Assembly: GCA_951804945.1 (NCBI GenBank)
Contig: OX638149.1
Coordinates: 106,640,001 to 106,704,000, forward strand
DNA from: Podarcis cretensis
Lineage: Eukaryota
Reading direction: 5' to 3'
Length of the DNA: 64,000 bases
A program made the translations under genes and the position numbers. The notes under the pieces are model-generated. The model was not told the DNA's origin. It saw only the letters and a program-made list of their open reading frames with translations, and ran no database searches. Positions 1 to 15,000 of the stretch are shown here, piece after piece (within the stretch, counting starts at the first letter, position 1; each line of letters starts with the position of its first letter).

Positions 1-272
1 TTGTTGAGCTGTTTTTGGCAACATCACAAAAGAAAACAAACGTTTTTGAGCTATTTTAAAGGGAAATTGCCAAAGGCGACACTGAGTTGCCATATGTCTG
101 GATTTTCACAGACATTTTAGCAATTTCTGCCCAGACACTGCTTCTTGCTGCAGTATTCTGGATATGTGGTATCAGAATATCTACTTGACTAGTTCAGAAC
201 TCCCATTTATTTTGCACGTTACAAGCCAAGAGGTATTCAGTGGTGTTTTTAGTACTCCCTCTAGTGTACAGA

Positions 273-636
273 GGGACACAGGTGGCGCTGTGGGTTAAAG
301 CCTCAGCGCCTAGGGCTTGCCGATCGAAAGGTCGGCGGTTCGAATCCCTGTGGCGGGGTGCGCTCCCGCTGCTCGGTCCCAGCGCCTGCCAACCTAGCAG
401 TTTGAAAGCACCTCCGGGTGCAAGTAGATAAATAGGGACCGCTTACCAGCGGGAAGGTAAACGGCGTTTCCGTGTGCGGCTCTGGCTCTGGCCAGAGCAG
501 CGATGTCACGCTGGCCACGTGACCCGGAAGTGTCTCCGGACAGCGCTGGCCCCTGGCCTCTTAAGTGAGATGGGCGCACAACCCCAGAGTCTGTCAAGAC
601 TGGCCCATACGGGCAGGGGTACCTTTACCTTTTTAC
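273..636 (+). mobile_element. Sauria SINE (tRNA-derived, BovB-related tail), full length
   Basis: Head gggacacaggtggcgctgtgggttaaa, B-box ggttcgaatccc, (ACCTTT)n tail; 12-bp TSD ctagtgtacaga at 261-272 and 637-648. Confidence 0.92.
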
Positions 637-682
637 CTAGTGTACAGATGTATAACGGAACCTCTCTGAAATTCCTTTCCAG

Positions 683-757
683 GTTTGTGGGGAAAAGCAG
701 AGGTTTGAGAAGCTGATGGAACATTTTCGAAATGAAGATAACAATATAGATTTCATG
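683..757 (+). CDS. FMNL2: FMNL2 exon ([25 protein letters not shown])
   Basis: ttccag| ... |gtgagt, 75 nt, phase 0-0. Confidence 0.95.
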
Positions 758-3700
758 GTGAGTGTTGTATGTGTCACCTTATGTCACTTTGGATCATTGT
801 TATTGTTTACTTTTAAGTGTATATTTTGCGTATAAATTGGGGGTTTGAAAACTTTCTGCAGTGGGCCTACCTAAAGAGGAAAAAGAAGTTTTCAGCTTCA
901 CCCAGATTAACACAGACAAAATGAATATGATTTGGATGCATAAGTATTCAGCATGGCCAGTCCTTTGCAGCAGCACATTCCACTCCATCCATTAGTCTCC
1001 CGCACCTCATGATCACCTTTTGGGAGGGCTGCAGTGGGGAGAACAGAAGGGAAAGCCTGTTCTGTAAGCACCATTCTGAGGACCCAAGCTTATGGGCCCA
1101 CTTGCAATGCTAACCCTCAATTCTAGGGCCATGAACAATGGGGCTCCAAGGCAAAGACTGTGTGGGAAATGCAATAGGTAGGAGCAATAGGAGTTGTTTC
1201 TTTGCTCCCCAAGCAGTGCTGCATGCAACACACTCCTTTCTACTTAATCATAGGATATACTTCCTTGGTGACCTCTGTGTTTCTTTGCTGTGTTTCCTAA
1301 TGGGAAAGCTTGATTGGCTCCAGTTATCGGTCCTAGGCTGCAGTTTTGAAAATTTTAGGATTCAGAAAAAGTGCGTAAGCGAGGGGTATCCAATATGTTC
1401 ATCCAGATGTTGATGAACTACAGTGCCTGTCATCGCTTCCCATTGGCTGTGCTTACTGTAACTGATGGGACTTGTAGTCCACAAGTTGTGGAAAGCACCA
1501 TGTTGATTACCCCGACTTAAAAAGTCAAAGTGATACTGCCATGGTCTGGGAAGGCTTATTTTAAAGTAAGGAACAGTGTTAACTGAGAGGGGAAATGAAG
1601 TAAATATTTGCAGTCTACAGCATGCTTATGCCTCATGAACCAAAGCATAGATGGGGAAGTGGCATGCTATTCCTCTTCCTGTTCTACTGACAAATGTTCC
1701 ACTTCCATTTTACCAGTTTCCTTGTTCCTAGTTTAGTCACTGATCCCCACATCCCCTTTTACTGAGAGAGAAAATAGACACTGAGGACAGACAGCGCAAG
1801 TGAACTATATGTTCCAGCATGAAATTAAAAGGCCACAATTCTGGCTAACAAGTTAAGTTTGGCCACTGAACCCATCTGTGCCCTGTTACCACTGCTGAAA
1901 TTTCTATGAAGGCACCAGGGTTTAGCACTTTGAAAAGGTGTTCTCTGGTGTGAGAAGACCAACTTTGAATTATTTAGGCAATGCAATACTTTAAAAATTC
2001 TAGATGTTACTAATAAGGAAAGGCTGTTGTTTGGCAGCAGAAGCCACTCCTCTTTCTCACTGGGAAGGAGCATGTGTGTGCAAGGGAGCAAGGCACGTTT
2101 GTCCTAGAATCCTCTCTAATCTCCTGTGCTGACCATCAGTGAGCAAGTGTCCTTTCATCAGTCTTCCAAAGTAAGAAGAGAAACTCCCTCATTGGGACAG
2201 TAATACGTGAACCAGCCCTCGTATAAATTAAGAATACAAGATTAGTTGCATCACCTAGTCCAGCATCGTACTTTCCACATTGGCCATCCATAGGTGGAGA
2301 TGGCAGGGCTGGCTTGCTGTCAGATTCATCCCTAAGTGCTTCCCCCGAAAGAGGTGGCTTCTCACCGGCAGGGGAAAAACATCTGAGCCACCTCAGCTGG
2401 CAGTGACATTGAGCTTGGGATATCCCATGACACTTAGGTGTGCTATTCTCTTGACCACACACTCAGCCTTCCCCTGGATCTAAGACTCTTCTTGGGATTC
2501 CTGATCACCACCCCCAACTCATTAGGACCTTTCCCCCGGGTTGAACTCCTCCAACGCCACCCCCTTCTCCACAAGACTCATGATAGACTGTTGTACTAAC
2601 TCAAGTACCCTTTTCATGCATGGTCATATGATATAGCGTGCCTTAATCAACCATTTAAGCTGCTTGCAAAAGGGAAGTAAGAGATTTTAAAAAACCCACT
2701 GTAGAATATTTTTAACTTTTTTGGGCAGCTAACATCATCTGCAAGGAGGAGAAAGTGGCGACGTCTAGTTGACTCACCAGCCACAGGACTCTTTTTTTGT
2801 CATGAATAAAGCCCACAAGTTCAGACAGTGAGCACAAGTGGTTAGTTTCAGTGAAGAGGATGGAGGGGAACATCGGAAGTGGTCTTGCAGTAAGTCAGCT
2901 GATCCATCTAGCTCTGGTTTGACTGCACTGGCTGGCAGAAGCTCCCTGCAGAGATCTTCCAAGCTCAGCCTATGGATGCCAGGGATTTTGAACGATCGCA
3001 TTTCTTCCAGGATTGGGCTTGAAAGGAAGGAGATAAGCAATGGTAGGGCCCGGGCACAGCACTGGAGGCTCATCCATTAGAGTGAATGGGACCCTGCCCC
3101 AACAGACTCAGATCACACTCTGCCAACCCCCTCCTGCCTCCTCTTACTTACAACCAGTCCGGGACACTGGCTGCCAGCTTTTTCCTCCTTTGTCTGAACT
3201 CCTTTATGAAACTCAGAGGAGGATGGAAACAAACATAGAGTTAGTTGGCTTCATCTGCCTTTGTCTCTGGCTCCACCTGGTGTTGGTCAGCCTGTCTCCC
3301 ACCCTACCAATCCCAGTGGGCATCTGGTACCTCTGCGTAGCAGAGACTCCAGAGAAACAAATCAAAGAACATCCCATTCTGATAGGCACTGATGGTAAAA
3401 GATTCAGCACAATAGAAAGCAATACATAGACAGGCAGGGATCACTGGTTTTGAGAGAGAGGGTTCACTGTGAGATGCAGTGCAGTTGCTCTGGGAAGCAG
3501 CTCTTCAGGCTTCCTCAACCTCAGCCCTCCAGATGTTTTCAGGCTACAATTCCCATCATCCCTGACCACTGGTCCTGCTAGCTAGGGATCATGGGAGTTG
3601 TAGGCCAAAAACACCTGGAGCTCCAAGGTTGAGGAAGCCTGCTCTTCACCATCCTCCCCTTTTCAGGAGTTGTTGAAAGGCTGGGGACAATGAGATCTGA

Positions 3701-6700
3701 CCAGTTAAATTAGTCCCAGCTGAACCTCGACTGTAGGTGCTTCAAGCAGAACTGGTTACCAAACCCTTCCCTGTCTTTGGGCAGTATAAACCGTCTACCT
3801 TTTGCAAAATACCATGAAGCATTTTAAGAAGCATTTCTCCTTAGAGTGCACTTTTGAGATCTGCTTTTGCGCTACATCTGGGAGTCAATACTTTTGTTCA
3901 TTGTGAATAAAGTTTTGGGTCATTTACATTAAGCCCCCACCTTCCCCAAGTGACATAAAATGAAATAATTATGCAGAAGGAGCCACTTGAGAATTAATGG
4001 CACATGGGCAAACAGATCAGCTATGTCTGTTGCCATCTGGTGTTTAACAAGATCTGCATGTCGCTGGAAGCCACCTGTGGAACATGTGTTTCAAGAGCTT
4101 TGAGAGAGGAACTAAGTTGAGGAGGAAAAGAACCAGTCTCTGGTGACCTTCCATGACTGGTTTCTGAGCCCGTCTGCACTGGGGGAACCATTTCTGTTCC
4201 TTGTATTTGCTGGTGGCTTATTAGCAGAACAGAAGCTGTATTTGTCGTAGCAGTGTAAAAAAGAGTCAAACAAGGCTCCACAGCGCTTCTTGAAACTTGA
4301 GCAACTGAGACCTGACGTAAACAGAATGATCACTCTAAGCTGCTGACCTTTAACTTGACATGACACCTGGGCAGAAGAATGGGACCCCCCCCCCCCAAAA
4401 AAAAAGCTTTCTGGAATAAAGAAAAATTGAAAAGGCATTCCTAGACACTGTTAGTGTGTGAAGTGCCATTTTAAAATGATCCAGATATTTTGCTTCAGTA
4501 AACTATAGCTCATGATCCTTAAATATGTGCCTCACTCATGTGGAAATGAGTGTCAGAGCATCCATTTATTCAGTCCAAATAAATTGTTCTTGCAATGCTG
4601 GTTTGTATCAATCAGATTTTGGATTTGTAGCTGGAATGAAAGGAGAGAAGTAGAGATATTAATGATGGAAACTTTAAAACTTGGTCATACCTTTGTGAAT
4701 TAGTGTCTGAAACCATTCCACCACATTTGGATCAGATAGTGTTTATATTTTCCNNNNNNNNNNNNNNNNNNNNNNNNNNNNNNNNNNNNNNNNNNNNNNN
4801 NNNNNNNNNNNNNNNNNNNNNNNNNNNNNNNNNNNNNNNNNNNNNNNNNNNNNNNNNNNNNNNNNNNNNNNNNNNNNNNNNNNNNNNNNNNNNNNNNNNN
4901 NNNNNGAAGCAGGGAAAATGACTTCTAATGGGTGACTTCTTTTCAGTCTTCTGCTTTTTGCTTGTGTTAACGCTACTCTCCCTATCCCTGTCCCAGTTCA
5001 CTGAATGTGTTTAGGCCAGACCTCTTGAAGTGTTCAAAGTGCTGCGTTCCGCATACAGTACCATATTTGTCTGATTACAGTTCCCATTCTGAAATCCACA
5101 CCATTCTAGGCACGACATATGCAATAATTGGTGAGAGGAATTGCCATTAAAGAAGAGCTTAAGTTTGCAGTATACTCTTTTTTCTGTTGGGAGTGAGCCC
5201 AATGCATTCAGTCAGCGGGATTTACTTCTGAGTAGACATGTTGTAGGACATCTCCCCTTCTTCAAGACACATGCTTCTTACTCAGAAAACTTTATTTCTA
5301 TTTTGACAAGTATAATTCGTTCCCCACCTCTCACAAATTGTCAGGCATAATCTTGAGGTGGTCTTAAAACATCCGGGTTGTATACAAGGCAGCAAACATT
5401 GCTGCACATGATTTGTCCCTGTGCAAAATGAAGGGTTAGCACTACCAGTTTCCATTTTTTTGATGGTTCTTGTTTTACAGGTGGCGTGTATGCAGTTCAT
5501 CAACATAGTGGTTCACTCAGTAGAGGACATGAATTTCAGAGTTCACCTCCAGTATGAATTTACTAAGCTAGGCCTGGATGAATACCTAGATGTGAGTACC
5601 GCCTGCTTTGGCTTGTTTTGTACTTGGATATGATTATGCTGAGAATTCATTGTTGCTTTCTGTGTTAAAAAGTGCCATAGGGAGTTCTTTGCTTTTACTT
5701 TACTTTTTTTAAAACAACAATAACAATTGCCAGACATTAGCCATACTAAAATAAAAAGCTTCTCACGAAGACAATCCAATGAATAATCAACCACCATCAA
5801 TACACCCTGAGGTTGAGGTCTTTATGCAAGGGGAAAAATGAATGTTTCTCAGTTTTACCCATCTACCCTCCTCCCTTAGGGGTCACCCCTGCATGTTCTG
5901 AATTATATTTTATATTTTCCCATGTCTTATACTTTTCCAGTATCTTATACTTTCCCCACAAAGGGAGTGCAGCTCTCAGTCCCCAAAAGGTAGCCCACCT
6001 TGTTTGACCAATGTTTCCCATGCCAGTCTTTCCTTAGAAATGTCCATTCTGCCTTTAGTGCCCAATGAGCTAAATGCATGCTCCAGCTGCAAACGTCAGT
6101 GTCACGGGCTCCTTATATCAATTCGTTCCTTGACGAGCCGTGCCATCTTCAGAAAAAGGACCAAATTCTCTCACAAGTTTCTGTCGACCGGTGCCTTGTG
6201 CTGCTGTTTTTTTTTTGCTTGTTGAACTTTTGAGGCTGCAACCGGCCTCAGGTAAAAAAGCCAGCCACAAACCTGGAAGAAGTCAGAAGGGAGAATCACC
6301 TCTTAACGCTGCATTTTATGCACAGTGACCACCCGCTTCCAATGCCAAGAAAATGTGAATGAAGCCATATACTGTGCACACTTCTGGTGCAGTGACTTTT
6401 GCTCCAATGGAATGCTTCTGCTACAGTGTACCTCCACTGCGCTGACCTAACTGCTGAGACAACTGGATCCATTTCAGGAGTCCCAGCAGCTCAACGATCT
6501 CTCTGTTCCCCTGACTCCTCCTGCTCCCCACTTTCTCCTGCTCATTCTTTTGAGAAGCAGAGCGACATACACCGCTCAGACCAAAACTGTGCTGACTTTT
6601 GAGGATTCTATTCCTTCTGCATCCCTGTGGTTCAGTTGCGGGAATCATACAGTGGTTGCCTTCTTGGCAGCCGTGAGTTAACCACAACTGTGGAGATAGA

Positions 6701-9700
6701 AGAAGCAAAGGATGACATGGGACTGTTGTCAAGAGGAAGAAGAAACTTCAGTTGCACACTTGAAATCCCCCACTCCAGTGTCACTATAATATTGCTAATT
6801 TCTGCTTTGTTATGTTGTCGTTACCCATTCCTCTCTCTGCACCCACATCCCTTGTCTTCCTTGAGTTTTGCACACATTTTTAGCACTCAACATAGGAAGC
6901 TGTCTTATATGACCAAGTCAGTTATTTGGTCCATCTAGGTCTGTATTGTTTGCACTAACTGGCAATGACTCACCAGTCGCTCTGCTGGCCTGGAATTTCA
7001 GATGGAGGTGTGTGTGTCTTTCTCTGCCTTCCACAGAGAAGCGTATCAAGACCCAGTTTTTCATCTAGCTCAGTATTGTCTGCACAGATTAGCACTGGCA
7101 CTTCGGGGTTTCAGACACCAGGGATTGAACCTGGGACCGTGTGCATACAAAGCATGCACTTCATTACAGAGTTAGGACCCACCCCCTAGAATCCATAGAC
7201 TTTATAATGGGACACCTGAATTGTTTAGAAGGACAATTGGTTTTCTCAGTGCTATTTTTCTAGAAAAAGAGGTACCGGAACTCTCCATGAACATCTTCCT
7301 TGTTCTCTCATAATGGCAATGGCGCCCATCTGAGAAGTGCCGGAACTCAGTTCCAGTGAGTTCCGGCTGGGAGAAAAAAGCCCTGGGTTTTCTTAATCTA
7401 CTCATTGCAGCCAACCTCCCTAAGGCAGGTTGAACTGTGATCTACAAAAACGTGGTTTGTTGTTCCAGTGATGTTCACCATGTGCAGCACGTAATTCTGA
7501 CCCGGGAGTGGGGAGTGTTCAGTCATGTGGCTTAGAGCTGGAGCTTAGAGTCCCCAAATAACTAGCCAGTTCCTTTTCATCTCAGAAATGGGGATGTCCA
7601 TAATTGGGTTTGAAAAGCCAATATGAGAGCGGCAGCTGATATGTAATGCTGTGTTGGTTAAATTGCTTCCTATAGAATGAAGTCTAGGCTTGATGTATTG
7701 TAATCACATTGTCTGAACGTTTGCACCGATGCTGTGATATAAATTATAAAATAATACTGGCCTCTTAATATAAATCAATGGGCTTTGGTTAGGCTTATAC
7801 AGCAAAAGGAATATCTTTTTATTACTTTTTTCCTCTCGTACCTGCTATGAATTTGTGGGTGCCAATTACAGTTAAGTTCTTGTGTCCTATTTCTCCATCT
7901 TGAAGTGTTTTTCATTCCTCTCTTCCCATGGTGCTCTATTATTAGGAACTTTTAACATGGAGACAGATTTTTTTTGTTGTTGCTTAGAATTCAGCTGTTC
8001 TTGCTGCTTTTTGGCTTTGTTCCATTGTATAACATAGTCAAGAGCTTCTTTCATGTATTCTGACAACAATACTTTATGTTCCATATAATATGCTTCTCCT
8101 GGTGGTACAGTGCAGCATGGGGACTATTTTTCACATTTAAACACTCACTTACTCACCATCCCAAGCTAACCCTTTTGAGTTATTTTCATTCAACCTTAGG
8201 CTAACAACCCCTCCCCGCTGGTAAGTTCAGTTCAACAAGAAAAACACTTTTGCTGGTATGGAAATGCCATAACAGCAGTGCTCTTAAAATTCCTTAGACA
8301 GAGCCCCCTTTTAAGTCAGGGTGAATAATGTGATGGGTATTTTTAAAAGTAACTCCAACAAATTGCTTTTTTGAGGGAGGGGGGAGGGTTGATGGCGATT
8401 TGGAATAGATCACATTGCCAATATTATGCATTTAAAGTCCACAACTGAGCAAGATGTGCATGATTAACCTTGTTATCCAGCAGAATCAATGGGAATTGGA
8501 GGAGGGAAAAAGAACACACCATGACAAGCTTCCGTTCATGGTTTATAACTTACCCTGGCACGACAACAACAGGAATGGTGGAGGTGTGAAGCAGGGACTT
8601 TGGAGCACTGTGCACTCATTTTTTATTAACTTCTTATTATAAAATTTTATTTATACCCCGCCCTCCCCAGCCAAGACCGGGCTCAGGGCTACTAACACGG
8701 GTATAAAAACAATTGATTGAAATACAACTTAAAAGCAAGATTAAAATACAACATTAAAATGCAGCCTCATTTCAGTAGGAACTCAAATCAAAAACTTTTT
8801 GGGGAATGAAAACGTCAAGTCTTCACCAAGGCCAACTATTCCAGACTGGTCCTACGTGGGCCAGAAAAAAAGCCAGGGAAGTCCCCAAATAGGAGTTCCA
8901 TCACAGAAGGAGAAAAGAAAAAGGAAGAGGGGGAGGGGATCAATTTGATTCCAAGCCAAAGGTCAGGTGGAACAACTCTGTCTTACATTTGCTGCTCTTT
9001 CACATTAAACCACAGTTTATTTTCAACTTATCTGAACCCAGAGGCCTGCATATATATTGCTTTTATTAGTAACAATGAAATCAACCATTTTAGCAACATG
9101 TGACGGTGGTGGAAAACCTGACTTATTTAGTGGTGCTAAACAATGCTGTGCCCCCTGCCCTATTTTGATCTTCCAGAAACTGAAACACACAGAAAGCGAT
9201 AAGCTGCAGGTGCAGATTCAAGCTTACCTGGACAACGTGTTTGATGTGGGAGCTTTACTTGAAGATGCGGAAACCAAGAATGCTGCCTTGGAAAGAGTAG
9301 AAGAACTGGAAGAAAATATATCTCATGTTAGTATTGGCGCTTTAAAATGTAGACGTTGGGGGGTCTTTCTGGAGGCTGGTTTTTATTTGGTCATTTGATT
9401 ATTTATCTGAGCATCAAAATGTGATTACAAACGCACTTTATTTCGTTTATATCCATTACTACCAGTAAAGCTTTTGGTCTTCTATTATTTTTATTGCTAC
9501 CTTGAGAAGAAAACACACACACTCTTAAAATATAGAGGAAAGGCTAGTTTACCTGGATAATTGGTTTCCGTGTGATTTAATATTTTTAGTTCAGTCTGCA
9601 GTGCTATGCCTGCTTTTATCTTGGCAATGTCACGGACAGCGTGCCTGCAAGACATCATTAAACAGACACTCTAATATTACTAGGAACTAAAGGAGGCAAA

Positions 9701-12011
9701 TTCCTGTTAAAGCACAAGAGGTTTGAGCAATTTCTGTCTGGAAGTTCATTTAGAGCTGGACTGAAAAAATGTCCTTGCGATTTTAGTCTTGAACTTCATT
9801 TTTTGTCTCTGTTCCAAATTGACACAAATGTGGGAAAAAATATTTACCTGCTGTATAAATGATGTTCAGTTTGTGGATTTCCCAGAAGTGCCCGAGTGAT
9901 TACCGTTAGGGCAGGATACTGAGATAATGGACCCTTTGCCTGATCTAGCAGGCCTGCTCTTTTTACTGCCTAGTAAACAGGCAGTAAACAGGGGACGCGG
10001 GTGGCACTGTGGGTTAAACCACAGAGCCTAGGACTTGTTGATCAGAAGGTTGGCAGTTCGAAACCCTGCGACGGGGTGAGCTCCTGTTGCTCGGTCCCTG
10101 CTCCTGCCCACCTAGCAGTTCGAAAGCACGTCAAAGTGCAAGTATATAAATAGGTACCGCTCCGGCGGGAAGGTAAACGGTGTTTCCGTGCGCTGCTCTG
10201 GTTCACCAGAAGCGGCTTAGTCATGCTGGCCACATGACCCGGAGAGCTGTACGCTGGCTCCCTCAGCCAATAAAGTGAGATGAGCGCCGCAACCCCAGAG
10301 TCGGTCACGACTGGACCTAATGGTCAGGGGTCCCTTTACCTTTTTAAACAGGTAGTGATGTTTGCTGCAGAGGTTTGCTAAGATTTTTTGTGAACCAAAC
10401 ATTATCTGATTACTCTCTTAAGTGTTTGTCATCTCCCTCTCTGGGTTAGTAAATATTTATAATTAAAACAATTAGAAAACACTCATTTTTTTAAAAAAAA
10501 ACCAGGGGCTGCATCCAGACATAGCCATCCACAATTGAAAGTGCTCCTTCCATTTGTGAAAGACACTTGATCCCAATGGCAGAAGGGGAAAGGAAGCCAT
10601 TTTGCACCAATCCTTCCCTGAAGCTTCTAAACCGCCCCCCCCCCCCCCAGTCTGGAGGACACTTCAGCCTCCTAGAAGAGATTTTCAGAGGGTCTGGAGT
10701 CAGGGTCTGGAGCTGTCAGGAACAAATCTGGAACCAAATCTCATAAGGTTACAGCAGGCTTCCTCGGCCCTCCAGATGTTTTGAGACTACAATTCCCATC
10801 ATCCCTGACCACTGGTCCTGCTAGCTAGGGATCATGGGAGTTGTAGGCCAAAAACATCTGGAGGGCCGAGGTTGAGGAAGCCTAGGTTATAGCCTAAGTA
10901 GAAGTGGTTACATACTCCCAACTAGAGTTTTAAAACTTACACAAGCAATTTTGTTAAAAAATGTTTTTCCTATTAGGTCCAACTTCAATATTATTAAACT
11001 GCATTTGTGTGCGTGTGTGTGTGTGCTGGTGTGTGTGATATAGTGCCAATGGTGTTATATCCATATGAATGAAAACTCCCTATATTAATATTGCATGCGT
11101 GTGGTCCTTGTTGTTCTCTGATCATGTTATTGACTCAAAACAGCTCTGGAGTATTTAATTTCAGTTGAATTACAATTCCAGATGGAAGCACTTGGGAGAG
11201 CAGCTTGACCAAGAACTCTTGTTATAGGTTGGGGTGCGTGTGCTAATTTACATATAAATTGCAAATTCCATGGACACATAGGGGAAAAAACACACAAATA
11301 AGCAGATCTGTGTTTCATACCATAAAAGTGCATGCACAAATCTCTGTAGCTTCCAAGATATACAGTACTGTAAGTGTTCGCAAAGCATAGCTTACAGATT
11401 TAAAAATGTATTAGCCGCAGGGATCATGCTGGAATGGGATGGTGGAGGAGATGTCCCTACTTAAGAATTACTAGTTACTAGTTATAAAGGCAAAAAAGGC
11501 TGTGTTATGGGTGATCAAATCTGAAGTACTTGAACATGGCATCGCTTGTGCTTGTCCCATGCCAAAAAAGTATGTCTCTGAGCGGTTTCCTGCTTGTCCC
11601 ATGCTTTTAGGCGTGGATCCAAGCAGTTTTGTCTTTGCCATGCAGCTTTCCCCTGGAAAACCCACTCTTTGAGTGCCCAGACAGAGACCCCCAAGACACC
11701 ACCAGAAGAAATAATGACTCATGACAACGTGTTATGGAATTAAAATTGGCCACAACTTTATTAAACCTTTCAGATGTAGGAAGACCTTGGCTTAGGCATT
11801 GGACGTCTATCTCCCCCAGCCCCCTCAGCTCAGGAACTGGGACTCCTCAGGGTTAAATGGATCTGGGGAGGGTGCACTGCAAGACGCTTGTGTACGCAGG
11901 CAGCCCCCCTCCCCATTTCCACGCAATGCAGGGGAGTTCACTGACAACCTTTTAGTGTATGGCCAGTGACTCAACTCAAAACCCCTTTAACGGGGAACCC
12001 TGGAATCGCTG

Positions 12012-12045
<34 letters not shown>

Positions 12046-15000
12046 CCACTTCATGCCTTCCCTCCCCCATTTAGGGAAGATAGAATAAAGGATTCTGCCC
12101 AAGGCCTAAAATCTCCACCTGAGACCACAAACTTGCAGTCTTACCGCCAAGACTATGTACAACTGAAAACCACATTAGCAATCCGACAACCATTCTTTTA
12201 GGCCATGCTTAATGTCATCCAGCCAGTGTTCATTTCCCGAGGTGGTGAGGTGCACTCTGTCGGGTCTGAAAAGTTCCAATCTGTTGGTTTTAATGTCCAA
12301 ATGCTTCACAACTCTGCCTCCGATATGCAAGATTGCCAAGCGGATGGCCCTGTTAATTTTTTCCACCGTGTAATACAACTCAAGCTAACCAGAGGGAAGC
12401 CTGTCCATACATGGTCCGCTCGGCTTGCCCCACCCCCCACAAGCCACCGATTGGACAGTTTAAACCAGGGTTTGGTGGGAACTCCAACCAGCCCAACCAG
12501 CTGGTGAGTCCCACGTGGCCTGGGGGTGCTGCGCGCCGCAAAGGGCGCCCACAGAAGGAGGTGTGAGCGTTCATTAGTGCTAAATCAGAACAAACTGCCG
12601 TCAGTTCTAGTGTTTGCATTTAGCCTCCCATCACTATATATCTCAAGATTTCATTAGTTTCATAAAATGTAACTATGATGTTCACAGCCTCAAGAAAAAT
12701 AAATGGAAGCTGGTTCTTTGAGTAAACCATTACTACCCAAATGAAACTTTGACATCTCTCTCACTCACTCACTCACTCACTCACTCACTCACATACACAG
12801 TTACATGGGCAACTCCCACAGCTTTTGACCATGTAAATTCAACACCAAACCTATTGATCCATCACAAATAGACCCTATGATTGTAAAGATTATGTATGGT
12901 TCCTATAGCTCTGGCAAGGGGCCTGTTCTTAGACATTTTACAGCATGAATAACTGAATGATACAATGTTTATTATATACATAATGCATGGCTCTGGCATG
13001 CAGTCGCCACTGTGAACGAATAAGCCTTTTTGCCAATTAACACTCCCCTCCCCCACCCCTTTTGTGTCTAGTTATCAGAAAAACTGCAAGATACAGAAAA
13101 TGAAGCTATGGCAAAGATTGTGGAACTGGAAAAACAACTCATGCAGAGGAACAAAGAACTGGATGTCGTTCGAGTAAGTGTACTGAGTGCGGATTGTGCT
13201 GCTCAGGGTGCTCACTGGATGGTCAGCCAAGTTCCTCACAAGTATGTTAGACTCTAAAAACATGGAAATTGCTAGATTCACTGTTGCCCCCACAATTGGC
13301 TACAGTTCAGTTTACTTGCAGTCTGCAGAAGTGATTTAATCCTGAAGCTGGATCAATGAAGGTTTATAACACTTGGTTCCTTCCTGTGAGTCTCTTAGCC
13401 ATGGAATGGGAGAAAAGGAAACAAGCCGATATTCTGTCACTAGTATCTTCCACCAGAAGTCAGGCAATCTAACCCAGAACACAATAGGATCTTATTGGCT
13501 TAATGGATTGGGTGTGCCAATAGTACATATCATAGAGTCTTCATTACCCTAGGAAATAATTTAAACCTTTCTGATATTGCCAGTTTGTGGCCATGATTGA
13601 GGTTCCTTATCCAACTTATTAAAGGAAAACACAGTTTGGATGAAGATAAAGAGAGAAGTGCATTTGCCGCCACCATCAAACATTGCCTGACAATGACTCA
13701 GCTGGGAATCCCATGTTATGTTGTTCGTTCAGTTTTGAGATGATTCTGCATATCAAACACATGTCGATTCTTTACCCGTGGGCTCTTTTTGCAGGAAATA
13801 TACAAGGATGCGAACACACAGGTTCACACGCTGAGGAAAATGGTCAAAGAGAAAGAGGAAGCTATTCAACGACAGTCAACGCTGGAGAAGAAGATCCATG
13901 AACTGGAGAAGCAAGGGTCCATTAAAATTCAGAAGAAAGGAGATGGTGATATCAACATTCTTCCTGTTGGGGTGGCTTCTGGGACATTGCCCTCAGGGGC
14001 AGAAGCTGCCACGGGCACCTGTGGAGGATCAGCTTCCGGCTCTGCACCTTCGGTTCTCTTGCCCCCTCCACCACCACCCTTGCCGTTGTCAGAATCAGAA
14101 TCGGAAGCAGGTGAGAAATGTTGCAGAAGAAATGAGATTTGCTCAACTTAAGGTAGTGGGGGTTAGCCTATCCCCCACAGTACATCAGACCATACATGAA
14201 AGAGGCTGGGACCCAATCCAGAGAAAGCTGGATGCAGTGAATCAAGTCACACTTAAGTGTTCACTGGCTATCTAGGCATCCTGCCTTAAAAATATTTAAT
14301 TAGAAATTAATTCCCTCGAAATCAATATGGTCTACTCCCAAATAAATAACTTTATGATTAGACTGTTGTTGAAGTGTGCCAAACTGGCTCTGGATTACAC
14401 CCTATGTCTTCATCAACATGACAAGTTAGTGAACTTAATAATAATAAAAAGCAGTGGCAGTAATTGTTATTACTATAAGTAGTTATCACTACGACTACTA
14501 CTACTGCTAGTTGTAGTATTAGGTATATGACACAATGCAGAGTAACATAAGCATGAAAACAGAGTGATTCCCCTACCCTGAGCAGTTTATCTAATCCTAT
14601 TCTCAACTTCCATCCTCTTCACTTTTGCTAAACTTGCCATCTTGTGTTTGAAGTCCATTCTACACATTGCATGATTTGCAAGGGTCTGCAAAATAACATC
14701 TATTTGGCAGCTTCTCTACTCTGCAGGCACAATGTATAGCAAAGTTTACCATGTGGATTGCCTGTAGTTGAGAGAACTCCCTTGGGGTGTGGGAGGGAGG
14801 TGGACATAGTTTGGTTGAATACTTTAAAATGCTGTTTTGTCTCTTTCATTTCTCAGTTCGAAATGGTCCTGTGACACCGCCAATGCCTCCTCCCCCTCCA
14901 CCGCCTCCTCCCCCACCTCCCCCACCTCCTCTTCCTGGCCCAGCTGCAGAACCAGGACTGGCCCCTCCAGTCCCACCCCCACCCCCACCATCAGCGCCTC

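Noticed and set aside
2180-3430. Cluster of overlapping 70-130 aa ORFs and a PBS-like tggcgacg near 2756
   Set aside because: No paired LTRs, TSD or recognisable protein motif; may be an old repeat but cannot be assigned
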